Positions 1 through 7,685 are shown, numbered from the stretch's first letter. The stretch is DNA of 33,685 nucleotides from a virus (IMGVR_UViG_3300031758_000299:1-33685), one strand, 5' to 3'. The notes: generated from the sequence alone by a model not told the origin. A program made the numbers and translations.

Positions 1-43
1 TGTCCCGCAGTTTCCGCCGGATCTCCGTCTCTTCCGGCGTCAT
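1..43 (-). CDS. Probable terminase large subunit, 5' end only (runs off window)
   Basis: ATG at 43-41 overlaps the TerS stop (ATGA); reads MTPEETEIRRKLRD. Identity is inferred from position only. Confidence 0.55.
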   Translation of the reverse strand, partial: MTPEETEIRRKLRD

Positions 44-390
44 CCCAGGGCCTTTAGCGCGTCCTCATGGCGGACGGTGACCGTGCTTTCCACGGACTGC
101 TTGTCGCGCCACTCGTCAGCGTCGGCGTTCTTCAAGGCGAACATGAACGCAGTCACCTTCGGCCCCGTCTCACCCGCGAGCAATTGCCGCTCTAGCTGGG
201 CAAGGCGTTTCGGCCTCGCACGCGATACCGCGCCAAGAAACTCAGGATGTTCGCGGGTCCAGTTGTACACCGTCTCTTTGCTCACGCCGATGTGGCCGGC
301 GAAGGCGGTGAGGCTGTACCCCTGCCCCATGATCTCCTCGACCATCTGGCAATAGGCGGGGTCGTACTTGGTCGGACGTCCTACGGTCAT
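40..390 (-). CDS. terS: Terminase small subunit (N-terminal HTH)
   Basis: GRPTKYDP...SLTAFAGHIGVSKETVYNWTREHPEF...FALKN...WRDKQ is the typical TerS pattern. Start placed at MTVGRP with GGAG upstream. Confidence 0.8.
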   Translation of the reverse strand: MTVGRPTKYDPAYCQMVEEIMGQGYSLTAFAGHIGVSKETVYNWTREHPEFLGAVSRARPKRLAQLERQLLAGETGPKVTAFMFALKNADADEWRDKQSVESTVTVRHEDALKALG

Positions 391-428
391 CGCCGTCTCG
401 ACGCGCCCTTTCGGGTGGCGTCCCTCTT

Positions 429-908
429 TCACCAGTTGATTGTTCGTGGTGGCCACGGAATTCTGGTCTGCGCCGCATAGATCTGTGCCAAGTGCACGCG
501 ATCAGGGCCACCAGACGCTTTGTCTTCCGCTTCCAATGTTTCAATCGTAGCCAGCTTGCTGACTATCAATCCGTATGTTTTCCAGCCCAAATTGAAGTCA
601 GCCCGCTCTTTTTCGCGAGCCTCTTTGTGCGGGTTGCGAACCTTCCGTTTCTGGCGATTTGGATTGGCCATGCCCTCGCGCGCCATCTCAACCAGACCAC
701 GGAACTGCGTGCCGCCCGCCAGATTGTGTACGTGCATGTGATCCTCGCCTTCGATCAGGACGAGGTTCGCGGGGTCGTTGTTGCCTGGGTTGTGGTCAAG
801 GTGGTGGACTTGGAACCCATCAGCGATGCGCTCGCGCAACCATGCCTCAGTGCGCTTCGGGTGCGCCGACAGCCACGCGAGGTGATAGGGCTGAAGACCT
901 GTCGTCAT
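429..908 (-). CDS. HNH endonuclease
   Basis: VHHLDHNPGNNDPANLVLIEGEDHMHVH HNH motif; ATGA-coupled to the upstream gene; adjacent to TerS. Confidence 0.8.
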   Translation of the reverse strand: MTTGLQPYHLAWLSAHPKRTEAWLRERIADGFQVHHLDHNPGNNDPANLVLIEGEDHMHVHNLAGGTQFRGLVEMAREGMANPNRQKRKVRNPHKEAREKERADFNLGWKTYGLIVSKLATIETLEAEDKASGGPDRVHLAQIYAAQTRIPWPPRTINW

Positions 909-1138
909 CGGGCGTCTCCGATGAACTCGGCCAGCCGGTCGGCCTGATCCCGCATCAGGTCCAGCAGCGCGATGGACAGCGCCACCGCCCCAGGGACCGG
1001 ATGTTCGCCCATGCACCAGCGGTTGACCGTCGCCGCCGTGACCTCGCTACCCACTGCGTATCGGGTGAGCAAGCGGCTAAACGCGCGCTGGCTCATACCC
1101 ATGCGGCTCAAGGCCGCCTTCAGTTCGGCTCCCGTCAT
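905..1138 (-). CDS. Small XRE-family HTH protein
   Basis: MTGAELKAALSRMGMSQRAFSRLL...TVNRWCMGEHPVPGAVAL. Confidence 0.75.
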   Translation of the reverse strand: MTGAELKAALSRMGMSQRAFSRLLTRYAVGSEVTAATVNRWCMGEHPVPGAVALSIALLDLMRDQADRLAEFIGDAR

Positions 1139-1144
1139 GAGGCA

Positions 1145-1150
1145 ATTATA
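1145..1150 (-). promoter_or_regulatory. -10 box TATAAT, 6 nt before the ATG at 1138 (probable leaderless mRNA)
   Basis: Minus strand TATAAT-tgcctc-ATG; no SD sequence; -35 is poor. Confidence 0.5.
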
Positions 1151-1204
1151 CGCGATGCGACGCTACCGGCCAGACAAAATGTTATCGAGGCGGCGATTTC
1201 ATCG

Positions 1205-1233
1205 TTGACGACATGCACTCAGTGCGCTACATT
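1205..1233 (+). promoter_or_regulatory. Sigma70-type promoter with palindromic operator in the spacer
   Basis: TTGACG-17 nt-TACATT; the spacer contains GCACT-C-AGTGC. Confidence 0.75.
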
Positions 1234-1279
1234 CCTCTCATCAGCAACGGGGCAGCGCCCCACACCAACGGAGAACACC

Positions 1280-1483
1280 ATGGCCCGCCTGACCGCTATC
1301 GAAGTCCGCGCTGCCTACAAGGCCGGCACCCCGATCCGGGTCCGCAGCACCGTCGATGGCGACTGCGGGTGGGCGCACCGCGTCTCCAATGCCAAGGATT
1401 GGAGCAAGGGCTACGTGGAAGTCAAGTTTGACAACGGCCAGCGCGTGTGGGTGCGCCAGAGCCACCTTGTTCGCGAAGACTGA
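1280..1483 (+). CDS. Small hypothetical protein, SH3-like beta fold likely
   Basis: GGAGA RBS; MARLTAIEV...YVEVKFDNGQRVWVRQSHLVRED. Confidence 0.7.
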   Translation: MARLTAIEVRAAYKAGTPIRVRSTVDGDCGWAHRVSNAKDWSKGYVEVKFDNGQRVWVRQSHLVRED

Positions 1484-1498
1484 CCCCACCCCACTCCC

Positions 1499-1539
1499 CC
1501 ACCAGCCCCGACCGGATCATCCGGCGGGGCTTAGGGTGG
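1499..1539 (+). other. Long intergenic RNA hairpin
   Basis: CCACC-AGCCCCG-a-CCGGA-tca-TCCGG-CGGGGCT-tag-GGTGG; no U-tract follows. Confidence 0.6.
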
Positions 1540-1571
1540 TAGAGAGACCCCATTCAACGCAGGAGGAACCA

Positions 1572-1853
1572 ATGGTCAGCAAATTCATGACCGAGACCTT
1601 CGGGTCGGACGGCTACGGAAACAGGGACGAGACGTCCCACGCCACCTTGGCGGAAGCGCGCGCCTACGCCCGGCGCCGACTCAAGGTCGGCTCGCTCCGC
1701 CCAGAGCGTGCTGGTGGAACCAACGTTGGCAACGTGCCCGACGGTTATAACTGCATCGAGTGCTGGTGTGACGTGACGGCGTCCGAGGCGGATCGTTTGG
1801 GCCGGCATGAGTGCGGCGGCGTTTTGATCTATCGTCTGCGAGGCGACGAATGA
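1572..1853 (+). CDS. Hypothetical protein
   Basis: AGGAGG RBS; MVSKFMTETFGSDG...; ATGA overlap with the next gene. Confidence 0.7.
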   Translation: MVSKFMTETFGSDGYGNRDETSHATLAEARAYARRRLKVGSLRPERAGGTNVGNVPDGYNCIECWCDVTASEADRLGRHECGGVLIYRLRGDE

Positions 1854-2056
1854 CCCCCGAAACCTTCAAGGCGTGGCGGGCGCATCGTCGCCTGTCACGC
1901 CGGGAAGCGGCCGATGCCCTTGGGGTCTCCGTCGCAACCATCGTTCTTTACGAAGCCGGGAAGCGCCGTGCGCCTGACAACCGGCCCGTCGTCATTCCCA
2001 AAACCGTGGCGCTCGCCTGCGCCGCGATTTCGTTCAACCTCCCCGAAATGTCCTGA
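1850..2056 (+). CDS. Small XRE-family HTH protein
   Basis: MTPETFKAWRAHRRLSRREAADALGVSVATIVLYEAG...IPKTVALACAA. Confidence 0.85.
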   Translation: MTPETFKAWRAHRRLSRREAADALGVSVATIVLYEAGKRRAPDNRPVVIPKTVALACAAISFNLPEMS

Positions 2057-2057
2057 C

Positions 2058-2092
2058 AGACGCCCCCGCCACAGTGCGGGGGTTTCTCGTTT
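2058..2092 (+). terminator. Intrinsic terminator closing the inverted cassette
   Basis: CCCCCGC-cacagt-GCGGGGG followed by TTTCTCGTTT; lies between convergent genes. Confidence 0.7.
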
Positions 2093-2345
2093 AATAATCC
2101 CTCTCGCCATCCATCATGTCGATGCGGCTGGATTGCGTCGGCTTGGCGGCCTTTCCAGCACGGCCGGCGTCGGAAGGCTCGTATCCCATGGAATAGACGC
2201 CGTAGCTTCCCATGCGGGCGTCGGACTGAGAGCCGTAGATCTTCCGGCCCCGGTAGCCATCGCCCATGCGAGCGGCGCTTTCCACGGTGCGCTTGCCCGC
2301 GTACTTCTCCGCGGCGGGGGTGTTGATGTTTACGTAGCGGGTCAT
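2091..2345 (-). CDS. Hypothetical protein (late operon)
   Basis: MTRYVNINTPAAEKYAG...; ATGA-coupled to the upstream ORF. Confidence 0.6.
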   Translation of the reverse strand: MTRYVNINTPAAEKYAGKRTVESAARMGDGYRGRKIYGSQSDARMGSYGVYSMGYEPSDAGRAGKAAKPTQSSRIDMMDGERDY

Positions 2346-2530
2346 TTCGGCTTTCCTCCGTTCACTCGGCGGGCCCAGGTTGCCCGGCATTTCTCTGCAT
2401 CGTCCGATCGCCCGAATACCCCGACCGTCGTCCACACGGGAGACGGGTCTTCGGTGTTGCGATGGCGGATGTAAGCGTGGACCTCATAGGCGCCGTCGTA
2501 GGCGCGCTGTTTGAGAACCACCCGGTCCAT
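2342..2530 (-). CDS. Hypothetical protein
   Basis: 62 aa ORF packed in the operon. Confidence 0.6.
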   Translation of the reverse strand: MDRVVLKQRAYDGAYEVHAYIRHRNTEDPSPVWTTVGVFGRSDDAEKCRATWARRVNGGKPK

Positions 2531-2534
2531 CGCC

Positions 2535-2792
2535 TTACTTCCGGGTGAGGGCGTCGATGATGATCAGGCCGAGCGTCTCGGCGTCGATCTCGACCTCACA
2601 ATCGCAGTCCTCGCACTCGTCGGCGTCGCAATCGACGTCCCCGTCCGTGTCGGGCAGGGCATCCGAAAGCGCGATCACGAACGCCTCGGCCTCGGCCGGG
2701 GACAGCTCGACCGTCGTCGGGCCGAACTGCATCAGCAGCCCGCCATCGGTATCCGCCACTACGGCGATCTGGTCCGCAGTCTCGATACGCAT
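2535..2792 (-). CDS. Acidic hypothetical protein
   Basis: GGAG RBS; MRIETADQIAVV...; Asp/Cys-rich segment. Confidence 0.65.
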   Translation of the reverse strand: MRIETADQIAVVADTDGGLLMQFGPTTVELSPAEAEAFVIALSDALPDTDGDVDCDADECEDCDCEVEIDAETLGLIIIDALTRK

Positions 2793-2836
2793 GTACGTCT
2801 CCGGGGATGGAGTGAGAGAGGCGCGGCGCGAGGGCC

Positions 2837-2874
2837 GGAAAAGCGAAGGGCGCCAAAGGTATCCCCCGGCGCCC
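2837..2874 (-). terminator. Leader terminator (tR'-like) downstream of the putative late promoter
   Basis: Minus strand GGGCGCCGGGGG-ata-CCTTTGGCGCCC followed by TTCGCTTTTCC. Confidence 0.55.
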
Positions 2875-2896
2875 ACGAATCCCTATTCTCAATTTG

Positions 2897-2925
2897 ACCG
2901 TACCATGTTCGAAGGGGTGGGGCAA
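2897..2925 (-). promoter_or_regulatory. Putative late promoter (pR'-like)
   Basis: Minus strand TTGCCC-17 nt-TACGGT with an extended -10 TG. Confidence 0.5.
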
Positions 2926-3099
2926 CTAGGCCGTCTCTTTGCTCACGGCTTGCATCGCCACTTCCACCACGCCGGGGATGCGCCGCCGGCCCTGTTCCCA
3001 GTTCTGGTACGTGTCTACGGAGGTGTTCAAACGCGCCGCCGCCCCGGACTGGGATAGCCCGAGGCGGTTACGCCATGCGAGGAGGTCGGCGGGGATCAT
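2926..3099 (-). CDS. Small XRE-family HTH protein (57 aa, not in ORF track)
   Basis: Translated by hand: MIPADLLAWRNRLGLSQSGAAARLNTSVDTYQNWEQGRRRIPGVVEVAMQAVSKETA; GGAGG RBS and ATGA overlap. Confidence 0.85.
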   Translation of the reverse strand: MIPADLLAWRNRLGLSQSGAAARLNTSVDTYQNWEQGRRRIPGVVEVAMQAVSKETA

Positions 3100-3251
3100 G
3101 CCGCCTCCCCCCTCAGCGCGTCGTACACGTCGCCGGCAATCTTGGCGAACGTCCCGGCGCCCAGCACCGCGTCGATGGCGTCCTGCATGGACATGCCGGC
3201 TGCGATGTTGGCCAGGATGCGGGCGGAAATGGCGGCGGTCATGTTGGTCAT
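3096..3251 (-). CDS. Small hypothetical protein
   Basis: GGAGA RBS; MTNMTAAISARILANIAAGMSMQDAIDAVLGAGTF... Confidence 0.7.
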   Translation of the reverse strand: MTNMTAAISARILANIAAGMSMQDAIDAVLGAGTFAKIAGDVYDALRGEAA

Positions 3252-3284
3252 CGGTGTCTCCGTGGTGCGCGTTTCGTTAAAGAG

Positions 3285-3313
3285 ACAGTACGCCAATGGC
3301 GGGTTGCTGGCAA
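3285..3313 (-). promoter_or_regulatory. Sigma70-type promoter with palindromic operator in the spacer
   Basis: Minus strand TTGCCA-17 nt-TACTGT; the spacer ends in CGCCA-T-TGGCG. Confidence 0.7.
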
Positions 3314-3341
3314 GGGGAAAGCGCGCCGTTGGCATATATTT

Positions 3342-3914
3342 TTACGCCGCATCCTTCGCGCTGATCTTCCACAGTCTCGCCAGATCATCCAACGCCCCCC
3401 GGAACCTGCTGCCCCACATCGGCCACCGATCCAGCATCACGGGGTTCTCGCGGAAATCCACCGCCCCAAGGCACACCATTTCCACCGCATCCCACACCAA
3501 CTTGGATGCATCCTGAGTGCGGATGACACGGGCCATGGCGTCGAAATCGTCTTTCGCCCGGTTCCACTCTTCCGCCGCGCGGGCGTCGTCATCGCTCACC
3601 GATTGCCCCTGGACGTGCGCGACAAGGGCGATGGGCGGGCAGCCGGCTAGGCGCATCCATGTGGACCACACCCGCTGGACCCGAAGGCCCGCGTCGTGCT
3701 GGCGGGCGTCGATGTAGCCCCCATGAAGTAGCTGACCTAGTGCCGTGCCGGATCGGTGATCGAGGGCATTTGCCTCCCCCACGATGCGGGCGCGTTGGGC
3801 GATGGCCTCCTTCGGGATCACGGCCTCGTCGTTCGCAGGCGGTCGGATCATGCGGCCGTCCTCAGTGCGGGGATTAGGTCGTCGGCCCCGGCGGTTGATG
3901 CGGCGACGGGTCAT
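3342..3914 (-). CDS. DUF6456-like putative late-gene regulator (Q position)
   Basis: GTALGQLLHGGYIDARQHDAGLR...AVEMVC...LDDLARLW pattern; last gene of the replication operon. Confidence 0.55.
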   Translation of the reverse strand: MTRRRINRRGRRPNPRTEDGRMIRPPANDEAVIPKEAIAQRARIVGEANALDHRSGTALGQLLHGGYIDARQHDAGLRVQRVWSTWMRLAGCPPIALVAHVQGQSVSDDDARAAEEWNRAKDDFDAMARVIRTQDASKLVWDAVEMVCLGAVDFRENPVMLDRWPMWGSRFRGALDDLARLWKISAKDAA

Positions 3915-4567
3915 CGGGCGTCCTCTTTGATCATGGCGATGACGGATGCGAGGTCGATGGCGCTAATGTCTTGATACAGGCCGTCCGTCACTTCGGGCCA
4001 TCGTGCGCGCATATTCGCAAGCACCGCCTCCCGCACTGCATCGGCTACGGCGAAGTCGCGGGCTGCGCGCTCTTTCATCAGGAACCGGATGTTCGCGCCT
4101 TGGGTTTGATGGAGGCGCATGTACCTCTGGTTCTCACCCCACAAGCGGTGGATCTCAGCCACATCATGAAGCCGCCGCTCGGCGCAGACCCGACAGTGAT
4201 GCGCCCGCTTGTCGCCGCTGAACTCCCGCCCGCACCCCGAGCACCGGCAGAAGTAGCCACCCGGCGCGAAGCCATACGGCACCAGCGGGTGCGGTACGAT
4301 GTGGTCCCACGTTTCGGATGGCATGAGCATGTCAAACGCAGCGCCGTCCGCTTTCCCGGCCGGGACATTGTGGCCCGTTGGGGCGCTCTTAGATGCCTGA
4401 TTTTCCCGATCGGGATGCGGCTCTGTCGCCGGGGTCGTGTGCGCACGCTCGCCCCGTCGCATCGCCTCTTCGGCTTTGCGCAGTTCCGCCCACACGCAGC
4501 CCGAGGCGCCTGTGCAGACGTACCCCATCTCCAGTTTGCAGAACCCGCACGTCGGATGGCCGCTCAC
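3911..4567 (-). CDS. Hypothetical protein with Cys4 zinc-ribbon motif
   Basis: YGFAPGGYFCRCSGCGREFSGDKRAHHCRVCA; a further CxxC at the N-terminus. Confidence 0.65.
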   Translation of the reverse strand: MSGHPTCGFCKLEMGYVCTGASGCVWAELRKAEEAMRRGERAHTTPATEPHPDRENQASKSAPTGHNVPAGKADGAAFDMLMPSETWDHIVPHPLVPYGFAPGGYFCRCSGCGREFSGDKRAHHCRVCAERRLHDVAEIHRLWGENQRYMRLHQTQGANIRFLMKERAARDFAVADAVREAVLANMRARWPEVTDGLYQDISAIDLASVIAMIKEDAR

Positions 4568-4770
4568 GTATTCACCCTCCTGCCGTAGAGGCGACTAGCC
4601 TCGCTGATGATGGTCGCCCTCGTCATCTCAGGGATGCGGGCCAAGTCGTGCGCGGTGATGCAGACCATGCCACGGTCGTGCCATGCCTTGTGAGCGGCGC
4701 GGCGGATGTCCTCGTCGGTCATGTGCGATTGGGGCTGGTACTTGCCGAGGTAGCTGCGGACGCCGGTCAT
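4564..4770 (-). CDS. Hypothetical protein
   Basis: MTGVRSYLGKYQP...AAHKAWHDRGMVCI; ATGA-coupled. Confidence 0.65.
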   Translation of the reverse strand: MTGVRSYLGKYQPQSHMTDEDIRRAAHKAWHDRGMVCITAHDLARIPEMTRATIISEASRLYGRRVNT

Positions 4771-5393
4771 CGGCCTGCCCATTGCGGCAGGGTTCCCGCG
4801 ATCTCTGTCCCGAGTTTGCTGATCATCGCGTGCCCCACGTCCTCGTATCCATGTGCCGGTCGGGTGAACGACCCGAACCCCGTCTGCACATGCTCGGCGT
4901 ACCATTCCGCCAAGTCGGGGCTTTCGGCGTTCACGATGGGCAGTCCGTTGATGGTGATCCCCCGCTGATCCGCAAGGAACCGGCCCGACCCGTAAGCCCC
5001 GGTGTTGTGCTCACCATCCCCGGACACGTCGATGACCATCCGATCCCCGCAAGGGGCTTGGTCCATCAGCGCGACGGCGTGGACGATGGCGTCGTCCAAG
5101 TTGGTGGACCCCGCCGGGACAGACCGGGGCGTGGACTGGACCCGATCCGCAAGCGCAGGAAGGTCCGCCGGCCCGACCACCGTCCACGCCACGACGACCG
5201 ACTGTTCGCTGGCCCACTGAGTGACCGCGATGGCGATACGCCCATACGGGGCGCTGGAGACGGCGCTGGCGGTGCGGGGGTCGCGCAGGGCCTCCCCGTA
5301 GCCCTCAGTGACTAGCTGATACTCACGCTCGTCCATGGAACCGCTGACGTCCATGGCGAGGATTAACGACAAGGCGCACAAGGCGTTAGTCAT
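4767..5393 (-). CDS. DUF1194 / von Willebrand factor A domain protein
   Basis: LILAMDVSGSMDEREY (MIDAS DxSxS), VIDVSGDG, GITINGLPI, G.GSF; GGAG RBS. Confidence 0.85.
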   Translation of the reverse strand: MTNALCALSLILAMDVSGSMDEREYQLVTEGYGEALRDPRTASAVSSAPYGRIAIAVTQWASEQSVVVAWTVVGPADLPALADRVQSTPRSVPAGSTNLDDAIVHAVALMDQAPCGDRMVIDVSGDGEHNTGAYGSGRFLADQRGITINGLPIVNAESPDLAEWYAEHVQTGFGSFTRPAHGYEDVGHAMISKLGTEIAGTLPQWAGR

Positions 5394-5598
5394 GCTCTCC
5401 ACCTTCGCTATCGTGGATGATCTGGTCCCCGATGCGGGCGATTTCCGCTCGCTCCTCGGGCGTGAACTCGATTTCCCTCACCGCCATGCCCACGCGATGC
5501 GCGGCGTGGTGATCGCCCGCGAACGACGAGAACTCTTCGTCGGGAGTGACCAAGCCACCCTCGCGGATGAAGCGAATTTCCCAGGTGCGCCCGGTCAT
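5386..5598 (-). CDS. Hypothetical protein
   Basis: 70 aa ORF overlapping neighbours at both ends. Confidence 0.55.
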   Translation of the reverse strand: MTGRTWEIRFIREGGLVTPDEEFSSFAGDHHAAHRVGMAVREIEFTPEERAEIARIGDQIIHDSEGGEHD

Positions 5599-6077
5599 GC
5601 CGCCACCCCGATAGCAGCCCGGCGGTAATACCCCTCGCCCTGAAGCCTGGAGAGAGCCGCGCGCCCGTAGCGGGTGCCGCTCCGGTCCACCCGGTCAAGC
5701 AGTTCCGCGTTGCCGTCTGCCTCATAGACCGCAGTGGCGAGCGCATCCCACGCCCGGTCAAATGCCGGGTCCATATCCCAAAGGTCGGCGGTGATGAGTT
5801 GCGCGACCAGTTCCCGCGCCGCTACCAGCGCAGTCGCGACGGGGCGGTCGGCAAGGTCCCCGGTCACCACCTGACATACCCGGTAGAGCCGGCGGGCGAG
5901 ACGGAGGCGGTCCTTGTCGGAGACGCTTTCCAGAGTGGCGTTGAAGCTGGCCTCTAGATCCGCGACGATGGTGCCGATCTGGGATGTGCTGTGCGTCTCA
6001 ATGCTCTTCGCGACGTGCCAGACCAGACGGGCGGGGAGTGCGCGTTCGATACGCTCGCGATCGGAGAGGTAGGGCAT
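5595..6077 (-). CDS. Hypothetical alpha-helical phage protein
   Basis: MPYLSDRERIERALPARL...LQGEGYY; GGAGG RBS; TAATG overlap with rusA. Confidence 0.7.
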   Translation of the reverse strand: MPYLSDRERIERALPARLVWHVAKSIETHSTSQIGTIVADLEASFNATLESVSDKDRLRLARRLYRVCQVVTGDLADRPVATALVAARELVAQLITADLWDMDPAFDRAWDALATAVYEADGNAELLDRVDRSGTRYGRAALSRLQGEGYYRRAAIGVAA

Positions 6078-6532
6078 TAGGCGACCCTCCTCGTCACGTT
6101 TGCGGACAGGCACGGAAGAGGCTCGGCAGTAACCTCGACACGGGGATCGGTCGCGTATGCCTTGGTCACCGTGAGCGAGACGACCTGCGCATCGTCCGAC
6201 CAGACGAGGCCGTTGCAGCCGTCCATGATCGCCTTCGCGCAGTTGTCCGCATCCGGCTTCCCGGTCGGGAGGACCGCCCCGGCTAACGCTGCGTCCCGCT
6301 TCCACTGAGCCCACGATTGCGGGACCGGGAGGAAAATGCCGAGCGTGAGCGCAACCGGGCCTTCGTGCGGCGGCGCGCGGCCCATCGCCAGCTTCGCAAG
6401 CATCCGCACTTGGTCCTCATAGGCCCGCGTTTTCGCGGGGGTGTAGTGCCGGCCGTCGCGCGTGGACCGGGCGCGGCCCTTGCCCACCGGAACGCCGAAA
6501 ATCGTGATCCGGGTCACGGGATGGGGGTTCAT
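6077..6532 (-). CDS. rusA: RusA-family Holliday junction resolvase
   Basis: PVGKGRAR...YTPAKTRAYE...KPDADNCAKAIMDGCNGLVWSDDAQVV catalytic Asp motifs. Confidence 0.92.
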   Translation of the reverse strand: MNPHPVTRITIFGVPVGKGRARSTRDGRHYTPAKTRAYEDQVRMLAKLAMGRAPPHEGPVALTLGIFLPVPQSWAQWKRDAALAGAVLPTGKPDADNCAKAIMDGCNGLVWSDDAQVVSLTVTKAYATDPRVEVTAEPLPCLSANVTRRVA

Positions 6533-7512
6533 GCGTCCTCCTTCGTTTGCGGCTGGCGAAACCCGAACTCGGTGAGGATGGAAACAGGCGCGGCGCATCG
6601 AGGATCGGACGGCGGCTCTCCCCACATCGCGGACCAGAACCGTTTAGCACGAAACCCCGAAACCCGAGCGCGCCATTGCACCACGTCATCAGGTTCCCGA
6701 GGCTCGTCCCGCTTGACCTGCGCGGCATGGGCCGATGCCAAATCCGTCGTGATGATCCCCATGTGCGACGGAGGTCGCTTCCCGGCCCGGCACATCTGCG
6801 CGATTTGTTCGCTCGCGACCGTGCGGACTAGATCCGCCGAATACCCGGCTTCCGCCCACTCGTCGGCGGTGTCCTGATCCCGGCTGGTCCCCCGGCGCGG
6901 CTGGCCGATCGTGTCCTCGTAAGCCTCATCAAATGCCAAAATCAAATCGGCGGCGGCGGCAACAGGCGGCGTCGGTGCGGGTCGCGCGCGGTCAAGAGAT
7001 ATGCCGCCGCCTGTTTTTACCTTTTCATCCTCCATCCTCCATCCTCCATCCTCCATCTGCGGAGCAATTTCCGGCTTTGGCGGAACTGGCGTGCGTTGAC
7101 GGGCTTCAAGTTCCGACTTTTCCGTAACTGCCTCTGGTTCATTGTGCTCCGGTTCAGAACCGCCAGCGTTTTGTCCGACGTAGGTTCGGAACTCCACAGG
7201 CATGAAATGGACGGATTTCGGCTTTTTGGGGCGCTGAAACCGCATGAAGTTCCGAACCGCGCCGAACTGACGGCCCCCGTGTTCGTACCTTCGGATAAGA
7301 TCAGCGGTCTCCAGTTCCGCCAACAGCGCGCCGATATCGACGCCATCGGCGGGGAATAGGCGCATCTTGAGCGTGAGCGGCTTCCACTCGAAAGCGCCGC
7401 AATCATCGCTCTCCGTCCATATACCGATGCCGAGAAGCCGGGCGTGGGCGGAAACGGAGACCCATGCCTCGTCCGTGAACCACCCAGGATGAAGGGACCG
7501 GATGCGTGCCAT
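6529..7512 (-). CDS. Phage replication initiation protein
   Basis: MARIRSLHPGWFTDE...ARLLGIGIWTESDD.G...LKMRLFP winged-helix N-terminus typical of phage Rep proteins; low-complexity linker; located before rusA. Confidence 0.8.
   Translation of the reverse strand: MARIRSLHPGWFTDEAWVSVSAHARLLGIGIWTESDDCGAFEWKPLTLKMRLFPADGVDIGALLAELETADLIRRYEHGGRQFGAVRNFMRFQRPKKPKSVHFMPVEFRTYVGQNAGGSEPEHNEPEAVTEKSELEARQRTPVPPKPEIAPQMEDGGWRMEDEKVKTGGGISLDRARPAPTPPVAAAADLILAFDEAYEDTIGQPRRGTSRDQDTADEWAEAGYSADLVRTVASEQIAQMCRAGKRPPSHMGIITTDLASAHAAQVKRDEPREPDDVVQWRARVSGFRAKRFWSAMWGEPPSDPRCAAPVSILTEFGFRQPQTKEDA
7026..7057. repeat. Heptamer tandem repeat (CATCCTC)x4 plus partial, inside rep
   Basis: catcctc catcctc catcctc catcctc catc. 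Confidence 0.9.
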
Positions 7513-7685
7513 CAGGCGCGGCCTCGCAACTTCGATTGCCTAACCTCGGCCCGGAGCTGCTGCGCGACGGCGGCGACGAGCCTGATGCGCCTCTTCGTGC
7601 GAAGCCCGTGCGGCGCGGCGCGGACCATCCTGCGGAGCCGAACGACTTCCGCGGCTGCCGCCTCGGGCGTGAAGGTGCGCTTCAT
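7512..7685 (-). CDS. Small basic hypothetical protein (57 aa, not in track)
   Basis: MKRTFTPEAAAAEVVRLRRMVRAAPHGLRTKRRIRL...; TGATG-coupled to rep. Confidence 0.6.
   Translation of the reverse strand: MKRTFTPEAAAAEVVRLRRMVRAAPHGLRTKRRIRLVAAVAQQLRAEVRQSKLRGRA

Noticed and set aside
659-1279. N-terminal extension of the 274-aa ORF 659-1483
   Set aside because: Overlaps minus-strand HNH and XRE genes; promoter and RBS support a start at 1280.
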